Below are positions 10,950-22,086 of a stretch of DNA of 64,000 nt, piece after piece; position 1 is the stretch's first letter; every line of letters begins with the position of its first letter. The stretch spans positions 9,860,001 to 9,924,000 of the forward strand of contig CM075996.1 of the NCBI GenBank assembly GCA_038087875.1, given 5' to 3'. The position numbers were made by a program, and so were the translations under genes. The notes under the pieces were generated by a model. The model was not told the origin of the DNA. It was given only the letters and a program-made list of their open reading frames with translations, and did not search any database. Origin of the DNA: Malacoraja senta (taxonomy: Eukaryota).

Positions 10950-11240
10950 GGACCATTACCGCTGGACTGGCTTACCGTCGCCCGGCGGGGCCACAGCATC
11001 AGAAGCCTGGATCGCCTCAGCGCAGAGGGAGAAGAAAGCGGGAAGAGACAGAGACTTTAAGACTTTTGCCTCCATCACAGTGAGGAGGTACCTGGTGAAC
11101 TCACTGTGGTGGATGTTAATTTGTGTTTATTGTGTGTTTTGTCATTTATTATTATATGTATGACTGCAGGCAACGAAATTTCGTTCAGACCGAAAGGTCT
11201 GAATGACAAATAAAGGAATCTCTAATCTCTAATCTCTAAT
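10950..11240 (+). mobile_element. GC-rich non-autonomous element 3' end inserted in DIRS 3' region
   Basis: Same CCA(T/C)CACAGTGA...CTCACTGTGGTGG hairpin as 6564-6602; terminal stem-loop, AATAAA and (AATCTCT)n tail. Confidence 0.7.
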
Positions 11241-11419
11241 TATTATTATTTCATTAAAAGCAATCAACATGTTTAAGTCTGTATCATGTTTGAATGCACT
11301 ATGTTTTCAATCATATCTGGTCAACTGACGCAGTATGTTTTCATGGATTCTGGTTCACGGCATGAAACCACAGAGCTTTGAAATCTTCACGTAGTCACTC
11401 ACGTGACTTCGAAATAAAA

Positions 11420-11712
11420 AGAAAGATTAAACGAGAACTTACCGTTTGAAGTTTGATCTTTATTTTATGAGAAGTTGCGATGAGGGATTACGTGCCCTCC
11501 ACTCCCAACCCTATTCTCATAAATATCATTCGGTAGTTCTAGTTTGTTAAACTTCCTATAGTTTATGTCAGCGATTGTTCTGCGATTTCATACAGCTGCT
11601 TTAAAGGTTGACGCGCATGCGGGCTGGCGGGCTTCTTCACGTAATCCATCATCGCAACTTCTCATAAAATAAAGATCAAACTTCAAACGGTAAGTTCTCG
11701 TTTAATCTTTCT
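11420..11712. repeat. 75-bp inverted repeat (DIRS ICR and right-end ITR extension)
   Basis: 11420-11494 is the reverse complement of 11638-11712 with 1 mismatch. Confidence 0.92.
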
Positions 11713-11838
11713 ATTATAACCGATATGGAGAGGGACTATATATGAGTGAAATGCAGAGGATTGCAAGCACTCCCTGACTCGTGTCATAGGCGACCTGCGT
11801 CAACTCTTTCCTAAAATAGACACAAAATACTGGAGTAA

Positions 11839-12066
11839 AGGGCCTGACCCACATTCACGACCTAATTCACGACCTTTTTTACTCGTGGACATTTTTCATC
11901 AGGCTAGAAAAAACGCCCCGACCTACTTGATGCCACGAGTACCTACGACTAGCATCACAACCTACTACGACCTACCTACGACCTCGCGACGACCATGCTG
12001 CGAGTACGAGTCAAGGGCAAACTCGGCAGAGGTTGTGAATTAGGTCGTGAAAGTGGGACAGGCCCT
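11839..12066. mobile_element. PIF/Harbinger-type MITE
   Basis: TIRs AGGGCCTGACCCCAC / GTGGGACAGGCCCT; TAA TSD on both sides. Confidence 0.85.
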
Positions 12067-12429
12067 TAACTCTTCGGGTCAGGCAGCATCTCTGGAGAAA
12101 ATGGATAGGTAATGTTTTAGGGTTGGGATCCTTCTTCAGATGGATTGTAGTCGGGGCTTGGTTGGGGTGGGGGTCCTAAAGTACACTGGTTTATTTTCGA
12201 GTTGCGCATCTTGGTAGTCTCGGTAGCAATGCGCTGCTGCACATGCAGCCGTTTCTGCAGGCCAGTCAGCTGTTCTCACAGTCTTGTCCAAACTCCACGT
12301 TGGAGATCCACGTGGCCTCCCACTGGTACCAACTGCACAGTACGAATAGTAGCACTCCCCAATTCCCACATGTAACATCTGACTTACGCAAGGGTCCTTG
12401 GACCAAGGACATGACCTTCTCGTAGGTCG

Positions 12430-12660
12430 GGGAGCGTCCGTACATGTGTTCGTGTGCTGGACTCGAAAGGTCAGTAGGCAGTTGCAGCAAATAGTTAAGA
12501 GGGCAAGTAACGCATTGGCCTTTATTGCAAGCGGGTTAGAGTTTAGAAACAGGAAAATTCTGTTACAATTAGACAGAATGTTAGTGAGGCCACACCTGGA
12601 GTAACGTGCACAGTTCTGGTCCCCTTACCTAAAAAAGGATATAGGAGCTAGTCCAAAAGT
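12430..12660 (+). mobile_element. Old CR1 fragment (last piece of the disrupted element)
   Basis: KVSRQLQQIVKRASNALAFIASGLEFRNRKILLQLDRMLVRPHLE. Confidence 0.8.
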
Positions 12661-12916
12661 GACATTTGCCAGCTCTTCTGGATATTGCCAAGATGCGATC
12701 TTGTTATGTGAACAGCAGGAGCACATTCACTAAATCTGTAACTAAATCACACTAGGTTAATAAATTTCATGCAATGCACTGGTTTGTTTGCACTCTCCTT
12801 GCATTATCACCTGTGCTGTCACAGTCTTGGCCAAGCCTATGATGATTGAGGTCATCTTGTGCTGTAAGTATCCGTGTCAGTTATGGTCCACCCAGACTTA
12901 GAACAATCATAATCTC

Positions 12917-13137
12917 CAAAGATAAACACAAAATGCTGGAGCAACTCAGCGGGACAGGTAGCATCTCTGGAGAGAAGGAATGGGTGACGTTTTGGGTCGA
13001 GACCCTTCTTCAGACTGAAGAAGGGTCTTGAACCGAAAGTCACCCATTCCTTCTCCAGAGATGCGGCCTGTCCCGCTGAGTTACTCCAGCATTTTGTGTC
13101 TATCTTCGATTTAAACCAGCATCTGCAGTTCTTTCCT
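12917..13137. mobile_element. Palindromic Penelope-derived insertion with two inverted hammerhead motifs
   Basis: About 95-bp arms inverted about CTTCAGACTGAAG; 12-bp TSD AATCATAATCTC at 12905-12916 and 13138-13149. Confidence 0.85.
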
Positions 13138-13419
13138 AATCATAATCTCTATTTTGGGGCAACTTTGAAAGGGCAGCCTATCTGAAAGTCCCATGTTAAA
13201 TTTCTTGCACATGCTAACAGAGTGGGGAGTTTGATCCTGGGTGGCTCTGTCCTCTGGGCTCTCAGATCCACAGAAGCAACAAAGTAGTGGGAGCTGATCA
13301 TGAGGGTGGCAAGCCTGCTAACTGAAACCTAGTTTGGGTTTTGGCGGAACCACTCAGCTTCGGATCTCGTCGTAGCTTCGGTCCAGAGAGGTGGATTCCA
13401 GAGAGAAAGCGAGAGTTGA

Positions 13420-13937
13420 CTGTTCTACACGGCCATCATAGAGTCTCTCACCTTCTCCATCATGGTCTGGTTTGGCTCAGCCACCGAGCACGACACCCGG
13501 AGGCTGCAGCGAATCGTCCGATCAGCAAAGAAGGTTATTGGCTGCAACCTTCCCTCCATTGACGAACTGTACACTGCAAGGGCCAGGAAGCGAGCGGGCA
13601 AGATCATCTCTGACCCCTCTCACCCTGGCCACAAACTCTTTGAATCACTTCCCTCTGGAAGGCGACTCCGGACTGTCAAAGCTACCACAGCCAGACATAA
13701 AAACAGTTTTTATCCACGAGTAGTTGCTCTACTCAACAGCCAAAAATCTGTAGCCTCCCTTTGGTTCACATGCTTGATCAATGGTGTTTTATCATTAATG
13801 TTTTATTATTATTATTAATGTTTAGTGTTTTCTGAGTCATTCGTAACTGTCACTGTATGTCATGTTGTTACTTGTGGGCGGAGCACCAAGGCAAATTCCT
13901 TGTATGTGAATACTTGGCCAATAAACTTATTTACTTA

Positions 13938-13980
<43 letters not shown>
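13420..13980 (+). mobile_element. Rex1/Babar LINE 3' fragment with (TTAC)n tail
   Basis: VWFGSAT...RLQRIVRSAKKVIG.NLPSI...DPSHPGH.LF..LPSGRR...RHKNSFYP. Confidence 0.9.
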
Positions 13981-14535
13981 GATGTAATTTGACAGATCAC
14001 TGCAGTTGTTCCCCCATGGCAGTGTCCCCGAGATCCAACCATCCACAGTTTTCTCAACAATGACTTCCCTTCCACAATAAGGTCAGAAGTGAGGATGATT
14101 ACAGTGCCTAATTGATTTGCAACGTCTCAGCCAATTGAGCATACTATGCCTGCCTGCAGCAAACCTAACCACCGGCCAGGCAATGGCTGATAAGGAGCAT
14201 GTAACATTTATAGGCCATAAAGGGGCCAGGCAATGACCAACAACAGAGAGGCTAACCACTTGCTCTGGACATTCAGTGACATTATCATTGCCAAGTCCGC
14301 CCATCATCAACATCCTGGCAGTTGGCATTGAGTAAAATCTCAACCAGACGAGCTATATGAAGACTGGGCTCTAGGAGCAAGCATGAGGCAGAGTATTCTG
14401 TAGTTCCGTGAAGGGAGAAAGTCAAAGCTTTAGGTATGCAGCCCTTTGTTCAAATTGGGAAAGGGAGAGTGCAAATTAGTTTAAAGTAAGGGAAAACGGG
14501 GGAGGTAAGTCCAAAACAAAGGGAATATCTGCACA

Positions 14536-14825
14536 GGGCGGTACAGTGGCGCAGCGGTAGTGTTGCTGCCTCACAGCGCCAATGACCCGGGTTCAATCCT
14601 AACCTCAGGTGCTGTCTGTGTGGAGTTTGCATGTTCTCTCTCTGATCACGTGGGTTTCGTTTGGGTGCTCTGGTTTCGTCCCACATCCCAAAGAAGTGTA
14701 GGTGAATTGGCCCTCTGTAAATTGCCTCTAGTGGATAACAGAACTAGTGTGAACGGGTGATCAATGGTCGGCATGGACTAGGCGGGTCGAAGGGCCTGTT
14801 TCCATGCCCTATCATTCAATTCAAT
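14536..14825 (+). mobile_element. V-SINE (HE1-like)
   Basis: A/B boxes, V domain, tail. Confidence 0.88.
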
Positions 14826-15117
14826 GTAACACTTGGTCATCTCAGTGCCTTTCCATCATCTACAAGTTAGGAGTCTTAAGGAGTACTCTTGACCTTCCTG
14901 AGTGAGTGCAAGTCCAACACACCACCTACTTGAATGGCACTTTATCAACCACTCCAACCATTCTCTCCACCATCAGTGCACAGTGGCTGCTGTGAGTACC
15001 ATCTTCACAATGTATTGCAGTATTTTTGGACAGCATCTTCTAAAGCTGAGATCGATACCACCAAGAAGGAAAGAACAGTAGATGTATGGATATCACTACC
15101 TGAGAGCTCCCGTCTAC

Positions 15118-15424
15118 AGGGCCTGTCCCACTTACGCAACTTTTTCGGCGATTGCCGTCACCCGTCATAGGTTGCCGAAAATTGTCAACATGTTGAAAAT
15201 CCAGCGGCGACCAGAAAGACGCTACGACTCTTTGGGTGACTAGGAGACGACTCACGACCGTACAGGCGACACCCTGGGTGAAGCCTGCATGGTCGTGAGT
15301 AGTTGCCCAACCTTGTTCTGGTTGCCGCTTGATTTTCAACACGTTGAAAAATTTCGGCGACCTGTAACGACCTATGACGGGTGCCAGCAGTCGCCGAAAA
15401 AGTTGCATAAGTGGGACAGGCCCA
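15118..15424. mobile_element. PIF/Harbinger-type MITE
   Basis: TIRs AGGGCCTGTCCCACTTA / TAAGTGGGACAGGCCCA; near-copy at 46355-46647. Confidence 0.85.
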
Positions 15425-15641
15425 TTAGTCACACTACTCTGATCTCTAAGCATATTTGTGGTCCTTCATCCTGACTGGGTGTCAGCTCTGAACTACACTC
15501 AGGCAGCACTGTGGGAGTGAGGAGTGCCCACATGGAAGGGGCAACCCCTCACCGCCATCTTAAGGGCAATTAAGCAACATATGAGCACATTGATGTCTGT
15601 AATAATTTGACCCCACTGAACTATGGAACGATAAACTACAA

Positions 15642-15918
15642 GCGGCACGGTGGCGCAGCGATAGAGTTGCTACATTACAGGGACTCGGCTTCGATCCTGC
15701 CTACGGGTGCTGGTTGGTACGTTCTCCCCGTGACCTGCGTGGGTTTCTCCGGGAGCTCCGGTTTGCTCCTGCACTCCAAAGACATACAGGTTTGTAGGCT
15801 AATTGGCTAGGTATAATTGTAAATTGTCCCTAGTGTGTGTAGGATAGCGTCAGTGTGCAGAGATCACTGGTCAGTTGAAGGGCCTGTTTTTGCACGTCTC
15901 TCTAAACTAAACAAAACA
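15642..15918 (+). mobile_element. V-SINE (HE1-like)
   Basis: Similar to 6013-6313. Confidence 0.85.
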
Positions 15919-16077
15919 AGAAGCTCTGCAGATGGAATATGACTGCAGACCACTGTACCTCCTTTCTCTCCAGGTGGACAATGTACTCAGATTAGATTCA
16001 GGCTCAAAATGCTGGATTTATTTACTTAATTAAATAGATGGGACAAGGGCAGACTCCAGCCAAATGAACAATACTAA

Positions 16078-16240
16078 AGGGCCTGTCCCACTTGGGCGTC
16101 ATTTGCGCGTCACCGCACGTCACTGCCTGCGCCACCATGCCTCACGTCCCGCAAGTGTCACGACGCGCGTGTCGTGCGTCGTGACGCGTAAATGATGTCG
16201 CGTAAATAACGCGTAAATGGCGCCCAATGGGACAGGCCCT
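16078..16240. mobile_element. PIF/Harbinger-type MITE (ACGCG-rich subfamily)
   Basis: Family TIRs and TAA TSD on both sides. Confidence 0.88.
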
Positions 16241-17944
16241 TAAGGCTTGGTCTTTTCAAACTGCACTCCCTTGCTGACAACACCATGTCCAATGCCCAAG
16301 CTAGCAGTTGTGACGTTAATAGAGGAGCCATTCAGGCACTCGGCTCCGTCCTGCCGATTGTTTGCAACTTGAACAATGGTCCATTCAGGTTACCCCAAAA
16401 TTAGATCATGGCTGAGTTGAATCTGAGCAGACCACAGCTGCAACCGATGTGTTACAATTGACAATGATTTCAATCGTCATCATCTTGGCCAGGAAGGGTC
16501 CAATTAACAGTGTGTTGTGGGACTGGTCATCTGGAAACCTTAGGCTCCAGTCAGGCATCTTGTTCTCATTTCTAACATTGTTTGAGATCAGGATGAGAGC
16601 AAAAAATAATCAAGAAGGTTCTCGACCCGAAACGTCACCCATTCCTTCTCCCCAGAGATGCTGCCTGTCCCGCTGAGTTACTCCAGCATTTAGGTGTGAA
16701 TAACTGGGGGGTGAATAACCCAGGGGGGAGGGGGGTGTTGGCTGCCTTTTTGAGACAGCTGGGTTGGGGAGGGGGCAGGGTTGTGTGAATAAACCAAAGG
16801 GGGTGTTGGCTGCCTTTTTGAGCTGAGGTTGCCGCTTCTTCTCCTTGCTGGCTGTGGGCCTGGGCTCCGCTCTATGATCTGTGGGCCTGGGGTCACAGCC
16901 GGCGTGGAGAAGAAGCGTCTACCCCAGCTCAACTGCCGCCGGGCCAACCGACAGGCCCGGACCCCACCGTCGCCGCGAGGCCTCATCGCCGCGGTCTCGA
17001 TGCCTCCTTGATGGCCGCGTAAAACCTCAGCCAGGTCGTCGCGGGTAGAAGCCCGGGCCGGAAAAAGGGAAACATTAATTTAAATGCAGCCCTCCCCCCG
17101 ACGTCACTCAAAGCTCGAGGAGTATTCTGTGTGTAACGGGCGCCGAGTCACCCGAGCCATCGTGGCCACCCACCTCATAGTGATGTCATCAGTCGAAGCT
17201 AAAAGGCAGTTTCGTCTTTTTTTAAATCTTTAATCACCAATAAGTTGTGAAATATAGCATCAAATCTTAAGCGAAGCTGATCACTGCTTAGAGGGGGAAA
17301 ATGTGTCAGAATATGTAAACATTTTAATGTTACCGCGTAGCATTTTGGCGAAAATATAAATACACAAACATATACACACACATATACACACATACACACA
17401 CATATACACACACATATACACACATGCACACACACATACAAGATGAGAGTTTTACAGTTATACAGATATTTATTGTACATTTACAAGTATAACATTTGCA
17501 CACTTGGGTAAATAGATAATATAAAAAACAAATCACATTTTATTCAATAACGGTCTTTGTACAATATTTACCTGTTCATGTTTATCTTTAGACTTTTTTT
17601 ATAATCACATGCAAAAGAATATAAATATGCTGAGGACATGCTGTGGAGCCTCTGAGTTTGATATGTAAAGCTACTTTTTAAATGAGCACAGAAGTGAGGC
17701 CAGTACAATGTAAGGGCAGGAAGGGAATGAGAGTAGTGAAGAGAGAAGATCGATCTCAACCACCTGTGTTTTGCATGTCAAACATCTTTTGTACTCGTAT
17801 GAAAATCAAAAGACTGCAGGTACTGGATTCTGAAATTAAACAGAAAATGCTGGAAAAAGCAATGCAGGTCAGCAGCCTCTGTGGAAAGAATAGGTGAGGG
17901 TTAGTATTTCACATTTGGCAGCGGCAAAGTGTCCATACTCAGAT

Positions 17945-17964
17945 CTCTCTCAGACCTCTCTCAG

Positions 17965-18009
<45 letters not shown>

Positions 18010-18093
18010 CCTCTCCCCCTCTGTCCCTCAGTCCCTCTGTCCCTCAGTCCCCTCCCTCTCTCCCACTCTCCCCCTCTGTCCCTCTCTCTCTCT
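17945..18093 (+). repeat. (CT)n and pyrimidine-rich microsatellite
   Basis: Seen directly. Confidence 0.95.
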
Positions 18094-18119
18094 CGTCTAA
18101 TGAAGGGGTACCCTATCTA

Positions 18120-18707
18120 AGATGTTGGCCCCAGAGCAGAAGAGTCCACGTTGCAGGGCTGGAAACTGGAAGTGTCCTGAGCTGGAGCGCTGTCGTGGAG
18201 CGGGCGATGCCTTTCCTGGGTCGCTGCGCTGGAACTCCAGTATGCTGGGACCGCCGATGAGAACATCGTGGAGCCGCGGTTCTGTGGAGCGGCCCAGCTG
18301 CGACGCTGAACGTTACATCCCGGAGCCTGGGATCTCTCGCTGAGATCGCCAGTGTGTGGAGCTCCGTCCGGCGCGGTCTGTTGGCTTGGAAGCCGCGGTC
18401 TCCGGTGGGAAGGTGGCCGTTCCTGGCACCCCAAGCCGCTGGGGGTTCTCCCGATGCCGGAGCATCATCACCCGGCGAGAACATCGGGCGCCGTGGCGGC
18501 GACTGTGGAGGCCTCAATAGGCCCGACTGGGTGGACAAGAGGATGGGGACTGGACTTTGTGCCTTCTATGGGGGGATGTTTTTGTGTTTTGGTGTTGAAC
18601 TTCTTTTTGAATACTATGTTGTATTTTATTAGTGTGCTGCAAGGACATCTGAATTTCCCCTGAATAAGGGGATTAATAAAGTCTAATCTAATCTAATCTA
18701 ATCTAAT
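18120..18707 (+). mobile_element. GC-rich non-autonomous retroelement (same family as 37148-38075), 5'-truncated
   Basis: Shares CTGGAGCGCT..CG.GGAGCGGGCGATGCCTT body; terminal stem-loop, AATAAA and (TCTAA)n tail. Confidence 0.75.
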
Positions 18708-19252
18708 TCTGCCACCACCATCATCTATTGCAACAAGTGATGGCTCCCACTGATTGTCGCCGGAGGCTTGCATCCTTTTCAGGACGGACGATGACAGCGA
18801 TGTCAACATTTGTAACAAGGTGGACATGAAAAGAAGAAGATGTAAAATGTGAACCATTTCTCTTTCCAATGATGCTCTTGGCCTGCTTCATTTTGCAACA
18901 TTTTCCGTGTCCTGTTTTGATATCACACTGGTTGAGTTATTGTTTTCTTCCTTGTTTATGTATATTCTGCCCAGCGGGTCTCATCGCATTAACAACACAT
19001 TAGCAAGAAACTAACATGCTGGTACCTGCCTCCATGGAGCCATACTAACTCATCCTGGCACAAACATTCCCTTCGTCCTGCACATTAGCCCCACCTTCGT
19101 TCCTACTGCTTCCTTACTTACTTACACCTCTCTTTTCCAAAGTTTAGACATAGTTAAAGACCACTTTCTTTTTCAAGGATGCTGCTTTACTTGCTGAGTC
19201 TTCTAGCATTTTCTCCTTTTATACTTACACTGGTGTTATTAGAGGTCCTTCT

Positions 19253-20490
19253 GCCACCAGCGATCCCCACGCACATACACTCTCCTACACACACTAGGGG
19301 CAATGTACAATTATACCAAGCCAATTAACCTACAATCCTTTTTTTTTATTTTATTTTTTTTATTTTTATTTATTAGAAGTACATTACATTACAGCCGCAT
19401 ACATTAGTACTTGTCATTTATATCTTCTTACAATTAATGTACTCCATTTATTTTTTACACTAGAAAAGGAAAAGATTGAAAGAAAGAAGAAAGTGAAGGA
19501 AAAAGTGAAAGTGTAGGAAATGTGACAACAAAAAAGGACGAAGACCCTATAAGAACAAAATTAAAAACAAAAGAAAAAGTTAAGAAATAGACCCTAGAAA
19601 AGAAAGAGAAAGAGAAAGAGGAAAAAGAGAGAAACAAATATTTTTATGAGCATTACGTAAATGGGACATACCAACTCTTCAACTATCATCCCCCCTTACC
19701 TGACCTCGATTTTTTTTTTTTTTTTTAAGTACTTTTGCACCCTATATTTGTAATAATTCTATAAATGCAGACCACGTCAGGTGGAAGTGATCTGGTTTAC
19801 CTGCTAGGAGGAGTCTTATCTCTTCAAGGTGTAATGTTTCAAACATATTTGAAATCCACATATTTATAGTTGGTATTGGAGCCTTCTTCCAAAATTTTAG
19901 AATTAGCTTTTTTCCAGTTATTAACCCATAGTCCATTAGTTTCTTTTGAAACACATTTAATTCTGGACCATCTTCCGTTATTCCGAAGATAATCCATTCT
20001 GCTTTGGGTATCAGTCTTGTTTTAAATAACTTTGTAAAGATTTCAAAAATGTAATTCCAAAATTTTTGAATTTTTGTACAGAAAACGAATGAGTGCGTTA
20101 TAGTAGCTTCTTGGGATTGACATTTATCACAAATAGATGATACATTTGGGAAAGTTTTATGAATTTTAGTTTTCGAATAATATAATCTATGTAAAATTTT
20201 AAATTGTATTAAAGTGTGTCTTACATTAATCGAGCATTTATGCACATTTAATAAGTATTCATTCCAACTTTCCTTTGAAATTTTAATAGCTAACTCTTGT
20301 TCCCAGTCTCTAATTAACCTACAATCCTGTACATCTTTGGAGTGTGGGAGGAAACTGGAGAACCCAAAGAAAACCCACGTGGTCACGGGGAGAACATACA
20401 AACTTTTTACAGACAGCACCCATAGTCAAGATCGAATCCAGGTCTCTGACGATGTAAGGCAGCAAATCTACCACTGCGCCATCGTGCCGC
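19253..20490 (-). mobile_element. V-SINE split by an L1 insertion
   Basis: SINE 3' half at 19253-19339 and 5' half at 20312-20490 join seamlessly across the TSD. Confidence 0.85.
19340..20311 (-). mobile_element. L1-clade LINE 3' fragment
   Basis: ORF2 C-terminal QFKILHRLY...CDKC...HSFVFC zinc-knuckle region, poly(A) tail, 17-bp TSD AATTAACCTACAATCCT. Confidence 0.92.
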
Positions 20491-20769
20491 CAACGTCTTT
20501 GATACAAACGCTACAAATCTTGTTCTAAACCACACAACACAAGGCATGATCACAATGGATTTCTACATCATTCTTCAGGCCAACCTCACAGCTTCCCCAT
20601 ATTTCCTCTCTTTTATGTCCCCGTACAACCTTTTCACACCTAAAAAACTCATGTAGCTGGGTAATTTTCTTTAAAGTGGCAGTTCTTCAAGGAATCTGTG
20701 GAGATTATGGGCCTTGCCAGCATGCTGTAGTAATCTTTCTTTAGCCCTTCGTAAATCTCCACGTACATT

Positions 20770-21030
20770 GGTTTAGTTTAGAGATACAGCACGGAAACGA
20801 GCCCGTCGGACCTGCGAGTCCTCACTGACCAGCGATCCCTGCACATTAACACTATCCTACACACGCGCTCGGGACAATTTATATTTATAGATGGCCAATT
20901 AACCTACAACCTGTACGGCTTTGGAGTGTGGGAGGAAACCAAAGATCTCGGAGAAAACCCGCGGGGAGAACGTACAAACTCTGTACAGGCAAGCACCAGT
21001 AGTCGGGATCGAACCCAGGTTTCTGGCACT
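20770..21030 (-). mobile_element. V-SINE (HE1-like), head truncated
   Basis: Reverse-complement match to family. Confidence 0.8.
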
Positions 21031-21269
21031 GAAACTTGTGCTTCTCCACTTAACAACTTCTACTTTGGTGATTTATATCCTTTTGTGTAGCTCCTCCACC
21101 GGCCTCCACCGCCCTCACCCATTACTCACTGGGGCTCAGGTTCCCGAGCATCCCATCCACGATCAGAGCCCATGGTTCCCACACACTCTTAAACTCTCCA
21201 GTTTCTGCTGGCTCTGCTTAGTCCCAGTTCCTGTACTTACTTTCAAACTAATCATGTTCACTGAAATAA

Positions 21270-21550
21270 CAATAGACAATAGACAATAGACAATAGGTGC
21301 AGGAGTAGGCCATTTGGCCCTTCGTGCCAGCACCGCCATTCAATGTGATCATGGCTGATCATCCCCAATCAGTACCCCCGTTCCTGCCTTCTCCCCATAT
21401 CCCCTGACTCCACTATGTTTATGAGCCCTATCTAGCTCTCTCTTGAAAGCATCCAGAGAATTCCACAGACTCACCACTCTCTGTGAGAAAAATTGTTTCC
21501 TCGTCTCCGTTCTAAATGGTTTACCCCTTATTCTTAAACTGTGGCCACGT
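21270..21550 (-). mobile_element. CR1 3' fragment with (CTATTGT)n tail
   Basis: Reverse-complement similarity to 5555-5835. Confidence 0.85.
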
Positions 21551-21627
21551 TTAAGAATTGTTTAAGAAATGTTTACTGAAATGTTCACTGAAATATTAGC
21601 GTGTAACATTCTTATACCAAAGATATT

Positions 21628-22065
21628 GGGCAGCACGGTGGTGCAGCGGTAGAGTTGCTGCCTTACAGCGCTTGCAGTACCAGAGACCAGGGTTTGATCC
21701 CGACTACTGTCTGTGCAGAGTTTGTACGTTCTCCCCGTGACTGCGTGGGTTTTCTCCGGTTTCCTCCCACACTCCGAAGGCACATAGATTTGTAAGTTAG
21801 AAGGTAGACAAAAATGCTGGAGAAACTCGGCGGGTGAGGCAGCATCTATGGAGCGGAGGAAATAGGCAACGTTTCGGGTCAAGACCCTTCTTCCTTTGTA
21901 AGTGATTTGTAAGTTAATTGGCTTGGGTTTGTATACCTGGTATAAGTGTAAAATTGTCCCTGGTGTGTAGACTTGTGTTAATGTGCAGGATTGCTGGTCG
22001 CCGCGGACTCGGTGGGCTGAAGGGCCTGTTTCCACGCTGTATCTCTAACCTAAATAAACTAAATA
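21628..22065 (+). mobile_element. V-SINE carrying a ~95-bp Penelope/hammerhead insert (about 21800-21895)
   Basis: GATTTGTAAGTTA duplicated around the insert. Confidence 0.85.
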
Positions 22066-22086
22066 TTATACTATACTATACATTCA

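Larger units (their letters stand above)
7660..11712 (+). mobile_element. DIRS1-like tyrosine-recombinase retrotransposon, 5'-truncated and decayed
   Basis: Order gag end, RT, RNase H, methyltransferase, tyrosine recombinase, then 75-bp inverted repeat (ICR/right ITR). Confidence 0.93.
14080..15600 (+). mobile_element. Old CR1-like LINE remnant interrupted by a SINE and a MITE
   Basis: Degenerate AWADK..VTF...QAMT...INIL.V.I coding remnant; 3' end resembles 7040-7495. Confidence 0.55.

Noticed and set aside
12175..12430. Possible minus-strand exon (GC/GTAAGT donor near 12388) or solo LTR with AATAAA
   Set aside because: No recognisable protein similarity, acceptor site, TG...CA ends or TSD; lies within nested repeats
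18708..18840. Second (GAA)-tailed short element with possible ribozyme head
   Set aside because: Tail AAGAAGAAGA is present, but I could not build a P1/P2/P3 fold or find a TSD
19742..20419. 225-aa ORF as a novel gene
   Set aside because: Chance fusion of SINE sequence to the L1 ORF2 C-terminus across the insertion junction
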